A model generated the notes under the pieces. The model was given only the letters and a program-made list of their open reading frames with translations, searched no databases and was not told the DNA's origin. DNA of 64,000 nt from a virus. Below are positions 36,909 to 45,020 of the stretch, one piece after another (position 1 is the stretch's first letter; each line of letters starts with the position of its first letter). A program made the position numbers and the translations under genes. The DNA lies in IMG/VR virus record IMGVR_UViG_3300036766_000416, positions 96,001-160,000 of that record. The stretch is one strand, 5' to 3'.

Positions 36909-37432
36909 TGAAACATCATATTATCCCCCTTCATGAATGGAAGAAAAGGTTCAATCCAAAGGCTACAAGGGCTGATAAAGAATTGAACGCTCCCGACAAT
37001 GTTGTTGTTCTCACAATAGAGCAACATGCTCAGGTTCACCAATTCCTGTATGAGCAATATGGTAGGTGGGAAGATAGGCTGGCTTGGAAGGGGCTGACTG
37101 GTGGAATTGGTACAGAAAGTATTCTCGCTGAGAAGCAGCGTTTGAACGGTAGCAGATCGGGACTACTCATAAAAGGAATTCCGAAATCACAAGATCATAA
37201 AAATGCCCTAAAAAGTGCTTCCAGAAAAAGATGGGATTCGGAACAAGGTAAAAAAGAAATAGATAAAATGGCTCGCAATTATAAAGTGATTTGTCCATCT
37301 GGTTTGGTTATGGTAATACGAAATCTCACACAATTCTGCAGAGAGCACAATCTTCCAATTCAAAACATGACTCATGTAGCCAAAGGTAAGAGAAAACATT
37401 GTAAGCACTATTGGTGTGAGGAAATCGGATGA
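36908..37432 (+). CDS. HNH homing endonuclease
   Basis: KHHIIPLHEW...NVVVLTIEQHAQVH; inserted between gp44 and gp62, overlapping both. Confidence 0.85.
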   Translation: MKHHIIPLHEWKKRFNPKATRADKELNAPDNVVVLTIEQHAQVHQFLYEQYGRWEDRLAWKGLTGGIGTESILAEKQRLNGSRSGLLIKGIPKSQDHKNALKSASRKRWDSEQGKKEIDKMARNYKVICPSGLVMVIRNLTQFCREHNLPIQNMTHVAKGKRKHCKHYWCEEIG

Positions 37433-37830
37433 CACCCTTTGACTTTGTTCGTCAAATCAATACCGGTAAACAAGACCTGATGACCGATGACTTGTCGGAG
37501 AAGGAATATGTCCCGTTCGTCGTGAATCGTACCTTGTCCTATGAAATGGACAGTCTGATGCAGGCCAACGAAATGAACACGCGGGCCCATTGTGACAAGA
37601 AACTCCAATATCACTACCTCCTGGGCACCGTCCGGTCCCGCAAGCGACCGTTTCACAAGTGGTTCAAAGCGGCCAGCGACGACGTGATCGATGATATCAA
37701 GCTATTCTATGGGTATTCGGACAAGAGAGCCTATGAGGCACTTGAGTTGCTTACACCCGAACAACTCCAAGAAATCAGCGAAAAAACTGATCCCGGCGGC
37801 CGCGCTGGACACAGGAAGCAGAAAGTATAA
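37429..37830 (+). CDS. gp62: Clamp loader small subunit
   Basis: PFDFV..IN.GK, KEYVPFVVNR.LSY, ANEMN, QYHYLL..VR.RKR...W, YGYS..RA.EAL.LLT. Confidence 0.9.
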   Translation: MTPFDFVRQINTGKQDLMTDDLSEKEYVPFVVNRTLSYEMDSLMQANEMNTRAHCDKKLQYHYLLGTVRSRKRPFHKWFKAASDDVIDDIKLFYGYSDKRAYEALELLTPEQLQEISEKTDPGGRAGHRKQKV

Positions 37831-37833
37831 ATA
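37826..37833 (+). promoter_or_regulatory. T4 late promoter TATAAATA upstream of regA
   Basis: Exact consensus. Confidence 0.6.
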
Positions 37834-37877
37834 GCCATGCGATATGTCACCACTATGAGAGAAAGCGAGTTGAACGC

Positions 37878-38297
37878 ATGGAAGACATTTTCAATGGCGT
37901 CGGGGTCGAGATTGCCCTCACGACACCAGAGGATTTTCTCAAAATCCGTGAAACCCTATCCAGGATCGGCGTCTCGTCACGCAAAGAGAAGATTCTCTAC
38001 CAGTCATGCCACATCCTCCACAAACGCGGTCGCTACGTTGTGCTCCATTTCAAAGAACTATTCCTTCTTGACGGCAAACCCACAGACATTACCGAAAACG
38101 ACCTTGCACGGCGCAATGCGATTGCAGGACTCCTGGCTGAATGGAAACTCTGCAGTATCCTCCACCCAGGGACCTTGGGCGCGTCAGCACCGTTGGCACA
38201 GATCAAGATCATCGCACATAAAGAGAAAGCAGATTGGACGCTCGTGACCAAGTATACCATGGGTAGGAAAACGCTACCAACCACACAAAGCATATAA
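37878..38297 (+). CDS. regA: Translational repressor RegA
   Basis: DFLKIRETLSRIGVSSRKEKILYQSCHILHKRGRY..LHFKELF.LDG, KIIAHKEK..W.LV.KY.MG. Confidence 0.97.
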   Translation: MEDIFNGVGVEIALTTPEDFLKIRETLSRIGVSSRKEKILYQSCHILHKRGRYVVLHFKELFLLDGKPTDITENDLARRNAIAGLLAEWKLCSILHPGTLGASAPLAQIKIIAHKEKADWTLVTKYTMGRKTLPTTQSI

Positions 38298-38334
38298 GTT
38301 CATTTAATACAAGTTCGCTCTATATCACATAAAC

Positions 38335-38770
38335 AGTTTCGGGTGACGGATAGACCTCACTAAGTTTTCTAAAGGTCCTATAGAGGATCAAGAGTGGCAT
38401 TAACAAGCCACATGGTGCTGATGGACTGGTCGAACGGTCCCAGTGCTTGCGACCTTCAGTTCGCTCGTCAAAGGGAGTCAAGCGGTTCCTCCCCTTTCTT
38501 CTTCGGAAGTTGAGTCGTTCGACATGCCCACGGCATTCCTCGCTGCCTCAGCATAGTTTTGCCCGAAAACCTTAACTTCAAACCCACCGATGAAGCGTAG
38601 CACGAGCCGTAGGCGAGTGGATGAAGAACTTCCGAAGATGACCTTATGAAACCTCAAGTTCGGAAATGCTTTTGGGCGCTTGGAATAGTCTTGTTCATTT
38701 CGGATTAGACGTCGAGGTCGCAAGGTCACGTTAGGAAACGTGTAGGGATAACTCAATTTTTATTATAAAG
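38335..38770. ncRNA. Candidate large structured non-coding RNA (family unknown; strand not determined)
   Basis: About 480 nt without a convincing gene. Contains nested perfect inverted repeats (38446-55/38715-24, 38500-11/38627-38) and several local hairpins. Confidence 0.5.
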
Positions 38771-38776
38771 GTTATT

Positions 38777-39073
38777 ATGTCAATGCACTACTCAATAAAA
38801 CCTGGTTGCCATTACTCCAAATACTCATCAGAATCCGCTTGGTACGCATTCTACCATGATGACACCTACTCAAGTGGCTCAGGTCCATCCAAGACTTCTC
38901 AAAAATTGGCGCTGTGGCACAACAACCTCTGCACGGATTGGCCCTACCTCGGTCTCAAAGGTATGAGGCCTGAGGATATTCAGAACCACTATAAGTGTTC
39001 TGATATAGAACTCGCTTCTGCCCTATGTTTCATTGAACGATTTTATCGAGATGTTGAAAAGAGATTTGTATGA
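38777..39073 (+). CDS. Hypothetical protein (weak DUF433-like C-terminus)
   Basis: GMRPEDIQNHY...ELASALCF pattern; ATGA-coupled to the next gene. Confidence 0.5.
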   Translation: MSMHYSIKPGCHYSKYSSESAWYAFYHDDTYSSGSGPSKTSQKLALWHNNLCTDWPYLGLKGMRPEDIQNHYKCSDIELASALCFIERFYRDVEKRFV

Positions 39074-39720
39074 CCATCAAGGATTTTAAGTTTCGGTTTG
39101 GTTCAGAACTGACACGGGCTCGACGTGTTCTCAATGCTCCCTTGATCTACCTTCACAATCGTTGGGTCTGCCCCAGTGACCGAGTGATCATCAAGCACCC
39201 CGACTGTCCTCGTGGTCGGTACCGCGATGCAGATACCGTGTTGTTGTATGCCATGTTTCAAGTGTTGGTGGACTTTGTGGAAACTGAGTGCGGGAATCAT
39301 TATTTCAATCAACCACATTCACATTTCGAGACCTTTAGTCAAAAAGTTTATCGAGTAATTCAAGACCTTCCAGTGTTTCACTACCTTCTTCCACCACTTC
39401 GCAACGCTCGCCGTGGTCTCCATTATCTGAGATGGTGTATGAAGCTGACCGATCACCCGGGGCAAGCTCAGTTCGGTTGTGATGTATTCGAACTCTATCG
39501 TTTCTGGAAACACGAGAGACCGGCGCGAGTCGAACCATTCGATGGTGGTGAACAGTTCACAGAAGAACGAAGGAATATGGAACCAGGTCACTACCTCGAT
39601 TTTTCGCCAGAATATTCGGCATTTTTGAAACAAGCTGGAGAAATTGAGGATAAATATATTGAGGAAGATACAAGAATGTTGACGCAACTGGTTAAGATTA
39701 GGGGAGGTCTTTGGACATGA
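39070..39720 (+). CDS. Hypothetical protein
   Basis: Intact 216-aa ORF with ATGA overlaps at both ends. Confidence 0.75.
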   Translation: MTIKDFKFRFGSELTRARRVLNAPLIYLHNRWVCPSDRVIIKHPDCPRGRYRDADTVLLYAMFQVLVDFVETECGNHYFNQPHSHFETFSQKVYRVIQDLPVFHYLLPPLRNARRGLHYLRWCMKLTDHPGQAQFGCDVFELYRFWKHERPARVEPFDGGEQFTEERRNMEPGHYLDFSPEYSAFLKQAGEIEDKYIEEDTRMLTQLVKIRGGLWT

Positions 39721-40199
39721 GCCAACTAAGCCCGCATTTTTCATTGAGGGAACTGACACGATCTGATACCGCACTGAGACTGGGTATAGACAATCTTCCA
39801 ACAGAAGAGCACTTGAAGAATCTTGTGCTGGTCTGTCACCATATACTAGAGCCAGTTCGCGCAAAGTTCGGAGTGGTCCGAATCAATTCTGGGTACCGGT
39901 CACTCGCACTGAACATGTCCATAAACCCTATGACGACCACACTCACTAGGTTATCTAGGCACTGCACGGGGCAAGCAGCAGACTTTGAGGTGGATGGGGT
40001 TTCGAACGTAGTAGTCGCCGAATGGTGTCGAGACAATCTCCCTGAGTATCAACAAATTATTTTGGAATTTTATACTCCAGGTCAACCAAACTCTGGATGG
40101 GTGCACGGAGCATATGTGGTCGGACAGCAGAAAAAAGAGTGTCTGACAGCGGTGAAGGTGAATGGAAAAACAACATATCTATTAGGATTACAACCATGA
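39717..40199 (+). CDS. Peptidase M15 family (endolysin-like Zn peptidase)
   Basis: LSPHFSL.EL..S, INSGYRS, SRH..GQAADF, WVH. Confidence 0.85.
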   Translation: MSQLSPHFSLRELTRSDTALRLGIDNLPTEEHLKNLVLVCHHILEPVRAKFGVVRINSGYRSLALNMSINPMTTTLTRLSRHCTGQAADFEVDGVSNVVVAEWCRDNLPEYQQIILEFYTPGQPNSGWVHGAYVVGQQKKECLTAVKVNGKTTYLLGLQP

Positions 40200-40214
40200 A
40201 TAAGAAAAGGAATA

Positions 40215-40568
40215 GTGATGCATCCGTATCATGATGTAAAAAACTTTGTTGAGATCAGTGGTGCCCGAGACCCTGTATTGTATGAGAAATTGATTGGAGA
40301 GGAATATAAAGAATTTCTCGCTGCCAAGACCGATGACAATAAATTGCAAGAGGCCTCCGATCTTATCTGGGTATTATATGGTTACTGTATCACTCGTGGA
40401 TGGGACGTTGATGGTGCCTGGCAAGAATTGACGAAAGCGAACATGGCGAAGATACAAGTTGATCCTACCACTGGGCAATTGAAACGCCGTGCTGATGGAA
40501 AAATTTTGAAACCCGCCGGCTGGGTGAAGCCGGATATGATACCGTTTCTTAACATTACGAAGGAGTGA
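40215..40568 (+). CDS. MazG-like / PRA-PH family NTP pyrophosphohydrolase
   Basis: IGEEYKEF...EASDLIWV.YG...ANMAK...RRADGKILKP.GW. Confidence 0.8.
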   Translation: MMHPYHDVKNFVEISGARDPVLYEKLIGEEYKEFLAAKTDDNKLQEASDLIWVLYGYCITRGWDVDGAWQELTKANMAKIQVDPTTGQLKRRADGKILKPAGWVKPDMIPFLNITKE

Positions 40569-40573
40569 ACATC

Positions 40574-40906
40574 ATGGGGGATATCAAGTTAATTGTGCTC
40601 AACAATGGGCTTCAAATTATGGGTGAGATCGTGAGTACCGACGCAGGTGACGCATCGATCCATAGCCAAGGTAAAGTTCTGGTTGTCAATCCGGTCAGTG
40701 TGGTAATGGTACCTAACAAGACCCCTGGTCAACATCAGGCGCAGATTGGTTTCGGATCGTTTCTGGAGTATGTCGAAGAATACAAAACTGGTATCCCACT
40801 GCATGTGACCGACATCCTGACAGTGGTCACACCGGTACAGGATTTGCTCAATCACTACAAGACCCTGTTCTCTGGTCTCGTGCTACCTCCTGGGATTAAC
40901 GGTTGA
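40574..40906 (+). CDS. Small Sm-like hypothetical protein
   Basis: IKLIVL.NG.QIMGEI...VVNPV...Y...F pattern, resembling small proteins near gp43 in T4-likes. Confidence 0.6.
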   Translation: MGDIKLIVLNNGLQIMGEIVSTDAGDASIHSQGKVLVVNPVSVVMVPNKTPGQHQAQIGFGSFLEYVEEYKTGIPLHVTDILTVVTPVQDLLNHYKTLFSGLVLPPGING

Positions 40907-40931
40907 CAATTCTCAGTGAATGTGTTATCAT
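40903..40931 (+). promoter_or_regulatory. Sigma70-like promoter for the DNA polymerase gene
   Basis: TTGACA-N17-TATCAT; ATG 6 nt downstream, no SD. Confidence 0.75.
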
Positions 40932-40936
40932 AGTCC

Positions 40937-42460
40937 ATGTCCAAGCCTTTCTACACCAATGTCTCGGTGAGCGGAAACCACGTCTACTATCGTGGTATCG
41001 AAAACGGTCGTCGGGTGCAGCGGAAACTCTCCTATGCCCCGACGCTCTTTGTGCCTTCAAAGACCCCCAACACCACAGTCACCTGGAAAGACCTGCAAGG
41101 TAACCCTGTTGAACCAATGAAGTTCACGTCGATCTACGACGCCAAAGATTTCATCAAACGGTACAAGGACGTTAAAGGGTTCACGATCTACGGACAGCAA
41201 AACTTTGCGACGGCTTTCATTGCAGAACAGCACCCCGAAGAAATTATGGAATGGGACCTTGCCCATGTGGTGACCGCGTACATCGATATCGAAGTCGATA
41301 CTGAGTACCGAATGCCAGACGTCGATACCTGCCTGAATCCCATCACTGCTGTCACTATCAAATTTTCCAACGACCCCCAGTATCATGTGTTTGGCTGCAA
41401 TCAGTATACCCCTCACCGTCCCGATATCACCTGGTATCAGTGTGTCGATGAGTGTAACCTTGTAACCCGCTTTATGTCACTGTGGCGCGACAGAGCCCCT
41501 GATATCATTACTGGGTGGAGTGTCAAGACCTTCGATATTCCCTACCTCGTCGGACGTATCATCATGTTGTTAGGTGAGGATCAAGCTCAGTGGTTGTCAC
41601 CATGGGGGAAGGTGAACCGTCGTGAAGAAAAATCAAAGTTCGGGAAACCAATTACTACGTACCAACTTTTGGGTATTTCCACTCTTGACTATTTTCAACT
41701 CTACAACAAGTATGCCCCCAAGTCGAACCAAGAATCCTACAAGTTAGACTACATCGCTCATGTGGAATTGGGTGAACGCAAAGTCAACTATGAAGAACAT
41801 GAAACACTTCACAACCTTTATCGAGACAATTTTCAAAAATTTATTGAGTATAACATTCATGACGTCGAGTTAGTGGAAATGCTCAATGCCAAGGGACGCC
41901 TTGTTGATATGGCTGTCTTGCTTGCCTACGACAACAAGACGAACTATGAAGATGCGTTTTTTCAGGTACGTATGTGGGATGCGATCACCTACAATCACCT
42001 GAACCGAAAGTATATTGTGATACCTCCCAAAAAGGGAGAGGAAAAAGACGAAGCGTATGAGGGTGCGTATGTCAAGGACCCACAGACAGGTCTCTTTGAG
42101 TGGTTGATGAGTCTGGACTTGGATAGCTTGTACCCCCATTTGATTATGCAATATAACTTGTCACCCGAAACATTGATCGACCCCAAGAACTATACACCTG
42201 CTATGAAAGCGGTGTTGGAACAGGGGGTATCCGTAAACGCTTTGCTCCAGCAAAAGATCACCCTTGATGGTCTTGAAGGGTGTACGCTGACCCCCAATGG
42301 ACAATTTTTTGATACCACTCGGGTTGGATTTCTTTCTGAGATTATGGATACCATGTATGCCGCTAGGGTACACTACAAAAATAAGCAACTCGAATTAGAA
42401 CTAGAACTTGAGGAGATTAAGGGGGAAATGATGCGGCGAGGAACTAACTTTCCTAAATAG
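40937..42460 (+). CDS. gp43: DNA polymerase B, N-terminal subunit (43A: exonuclease, motif A, start of fingers)
   Basis: DIEV (ExoI), GW..KTFDIPY (ExoII), YNIHDV (ExoIII), YEGAYVK, SLDLDSLYP..I.QYNLSPET; ends in the fingers tip. Confidence 0.95.
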   Translation: MSKPFYTNVSVSGNHVYYRGIENGRRVQRKLSYAPTLFVPSKTPNTTVTWKDLQGNPVEPMKFTSIYDAKDFIKRYKDVKGFTIYGQQNFATAFIAEQHPEEIMEWDLAHVVTAYIDIEVDTEYRMPDVDTCLNPITAVTIKFSNDPQYHVFGCNQYTPHRPDITWYQCVDECNLVTRFMSLWRDRAPDIITGWSVKTFDIPYLVGRIIMLLGEDQAQWLSPWGKVNRREEKSKFGKPITTYQLLGISTLDYFQLYNKYAPKSNQESYKLDYIAHVELGERKVNYEEHETLHNLYRDNFQKFIEYNIHDVELVEMLNAKGRLVDMAVLLAYDNKTNYEDAFFQVRMWDAITYNHLNRKYIVIPPKKGEEKDEAYEGAYVKDPQTGLFEWLMSLDLDSLYPHLIMQYNLSPETLIDPKNYTPAMKAVLEQGVSVNALLQQKITLDGLEGCTLTPNGQFFDTTRVGFLSEIMDTMYAARVHYKNKQLELELELEEIKGEMMRRGTNFPK

Positions 42461-42484
42461 TGCGTTGGGAAGGGAGAATTTCAT

Positions 42485-43189
42485 ATGTATTATTTGATTT
42501 ATAAGACGGTTAACCGTCATAATGGAAAGTATTATATTGGTTCCCACGAGACCTGTAACCCATACGATTCTTATTTGGGGTCGGGTACAATACTTAGGCG
42601 TGCAATAAAGAAATATGGTAAGAGAAATTTTACAAAATTCATTATAGAGTTCTGCGACACTAGAGATATAATGTATGAGCGGGAAAGGGAATTGGTAGAA
42701 GTTGCCAGGAAAGATGAAAGAAGTTATAATGTAAATGTGGGAGGTTCTGGTGGATGGAATTTTGTGAATGAAAGTGGAACGAATCTAGGTTTGGGCAACC
42801 CCATGCATCAACAAAATGCAAAGAAAGCGGTGTCCGTTGCGATAAAATCTAATTGGGCAAAAAATCGCCCAAAGTATTTGAAAATTTCTTTGGATAATCT
42901 TTCTAAAGCCAACAATGTTGGCGTCATAAGAAGCGCATACACTCGTAAACTTATATCAGAAAACAATAGAAAAATGTGGAATAATCCTGTAATTCGAGAG
43001 AAAATTTTGTATGCTAATCGCACAAAATTTGAAATATTATCTCCTGGTGGAGAGATTTTTCATACTGACCAATTGGAAAAATTTTGCATCGACCGAGGCC
43101 TAACTTACGTATCAATATGGGACACTATTCGTCGTAAAAGGCCAGTGAAGAAAGGTCGATCAAAGGGGTGGATGTGCAAAAAGATTTAA
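42485..43189 (+). CDS. GIY-YIG homing endonuclease between 43A and 43B
   Basis: YYLIYKTVNRHNGKYYIGSH...YLGSG..L..AIKKYGK.NF.K; SYNVNVGG.GG. Confidence 0.88.
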   Translation: MYYLIYKTVNRHNGKYYIGSHETCNPYDSYLGSGTILRRAIKKYGKRNFTKFIIEFCDTRDIMYERERELVEVARKDERSYNVNVGGSGGWNFVNESGTNLGLGNPMHQQNAKKAVSVAIKSNWAKNRPKYLKISLDNLSKANNVGVIRSAYTRKLISENNRKMWNNPVIREKILYANRTKFEILSPGGEIFHTDQLEKFCIDRGLTYVSIWDTIRRKRPVKKGRSKGWMCKKI

Positions 43190-44339
43190 CTTCTATATCA
43201 GATAAGGAACTCCAGCGCCTTCGTAAGGAGAAAGAGTTTGAAATTTCACGCTATAGGAATCTCCAATTAGCGAAGAAAGTAGGACTCAACTCTGCTTACG
43301 GGGCGCTGGGTTAGGTTCTGAATACTTCAGGTTCTTTGATATCCGTATTGCCGAGGGTGTCACACTAGCAGGTCAGTTGGGTATCCGCTGGATTGGAAAC
43401 AGACTGAATGGGTTCCTCAATACCCTTTTGAAAACTACCGAGGTGGACTATGTGATTGCCAGTGATACGGACTCGGTATACCTACATCTCGCACCGCTAG
43501 TGTGTCGTGTGTTTAAGGACACCACAGATACCCAAAAAGTCATTGACTTTCTTGATAAAGTGTTCAAGGAAAAAATCAAAGGTTTCATCGAAATGAACTA
43601 TACGGAGCTTGCTAAATACACCCATGCGTATGCCCAGAAGATGCGTATGAAGCGTGAATCTCTGGCGAACAAAGGCATCTGGACAGCCAAGAAACGCTAT
43701 ATCCTGAACGTGTGGGATTCAGAGGGTGTTCGGTATAAAAAACCCAAGATGGTCATTCACGGTCTGGAGGCGATCAAATCTTCGACACCTGGCGCCTGCC
43801 GAGAGAAGATCAAAGAGGCATTGACGATCATCATGAATGGTACCGAAAATGAACTCATCGAACATATTGAAAAATTTCGTGTGTCATTCAAGACCCTCCC
43901 CATTGCTGACATCGCATTCCCTCGTGGTATGAATGACCTAGAAAAATGTGACAGTGATGAATGCAATGATTCAACCAGTGCGTTGTCGTTCGATGATTCG
44001 TCAACAGCCGACCGACAAATTTATGAAAACCGTACACCCATCCACGTCAAGGGTGCGCTCGTGTATAATAGGTTTTTGAAACAAATGAAACTTGATACGC
44101 AATATGAAACCCTGCGTTCGGGTGAAAAACTGAAATTTGTGTACCTCAAGGAACCCAATATTTTTCGAGAATCAGTTATGTCGTTCCTGGTGCGCGTACC
44201 CAAAGAATTCCACCTGGAAACCTGTGTGGACTATGACCTCATGTTCACCAAGGCCTTCCTTGATCCCCTCAATATTGTCTTGAAATGTATTGGGTGGTCA
44301 GCCGAGAAGAAATCTACACTAGATGATTTTTTTGGATAG
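43168..44339 (+). CDS. gp43: DNA polymerase B, C-terminal subunit (43B), interrupted by a stop and frame change at 43312-43316
   Basis: Frame from GTG 43168 gives [17 protein letters not shown]-stop (motif B). A different frame from 43317 continues [25 protein letters not shown]...ASDTDS (motif C)...KKRY...TPIHVKG. Confidence 0.85.
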
Positions 44340-44360
44340 CAGCTTCTTTAGTTTGTCATA

Positions 44361-44627
44361 ATGATCTATTTAGCAACGGAGGTTCTTCTCATGACTCCTG
44401 TAAAGGATGGTTTCAAAATTGTCGATATGCCCAAACTGGACTATAAGGGTAGGGTACTCTGTAACCGCTGTGGTATCGAGTGTGACAGTGACCAGTTACT
44501 CTACGCGAGACCTCTCGAAGGTTTCAAGAGCAAGTACCTATCCTGGTACTGCCCGACCTGGAATTGCCATGGTCACCTGAGTAGTGGAGTTTATTTTCTG
44601 TCAACTTCGACTCTCACCGAGGGTTGA
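44361..44627 (+). CDS. Small Zn-finger-like hypothetical protein
   Basis: CNRC ... CPTWNC cysteine pairs. Confidence 0.5.
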   Translation: MIYLATEVLLMTPVKDGFKIVDMPKLDYKGRVLCNRCGIECDSDQLLYARPLEGFKSKYLSWYCPTWNCHGHLSSGVYFLSTSTLTEG

Positions 44628-44652
44628 CTTTACTCATCAACTGTGCTATAAT
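44624..44652 (+). promoter_or_regulatory. Sigma70-like promoter
   Basis: TTGACT-N17-TATAAT. Confidence 0.7.
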
Positions 44653-44663
44653 CGAAAGGATCA

Positions 44664-45017
44664 ATGATGAAATTCACATACGAAGAAATTGCGGAAATCT
44701 GTCACGAGAATAACCGAGCGTATTGCCATGCGTTTGGCGACTACTCGCAACCAGCATGGAAGTATGTGCCCCAAGAAATCAAGGATTCGATTGTCAACGG
44801 TGTCGAATTTCACCTGGCGAATCCTGATGCCAGCCCCGAAGCATCGCACAAGCAATGGGTCAAAATCAAGCTAGAAAATAAGTGGAAGGTGGGTCCTGTT
44901 AAGGACGTGAAGAAAAAAGAGCATCCAAACTTGAGACCCTACAGCGAATTGTCAGACGTAGAGCGCGGAAAGGACATTATTTTCTCCGCGTTGGTTAATA
45001 CTCTCAAAGGAATCTAG
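44664..45017 (+). CDS. RyR-domain-like protein
   Basis: IAEICHE..R...SH..W...K...W..GPVKD..KKEHPNLRPYSELS..E..KD. Confidence 0.7.
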   Translation: MMKFTYEEIAEICHENNRAYCHAFGDYSQPAWKYVPQEIKDSIVNGVEFHLANPDASPEASHKQWVKIKLENKWKVGPVKDVKKKEHPNLRPYSELSDVERGKDIIFSALVNTLKGI

Positions 45018-45020
45018 AAT

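Noticed and set aside
38478-38756. 92-aa minus-strand ORF in the post-regA gap
   Set aside because: TTG start, no SD, no recognisable motif, opposite to local gene flow; base-pairing explains the region better. Not fully excluded.
42460-43189. Group I intron or intein interrupting gp43
   Set aside because: The endonuclease ORF occupies almost the whole gap, leaving no room for P3-P9 core elements. There is no Cys/Ser-start or His-Asn intein end, and both polymerase parts have their own stop and start.
43309-43316. Genome-wide amber (TAG) reassignment explaining the stop in 43B
   Set aside because: Many genes here end normally at TAG, other ORFs are intact in code 11, and read-through would not fix the frame change.
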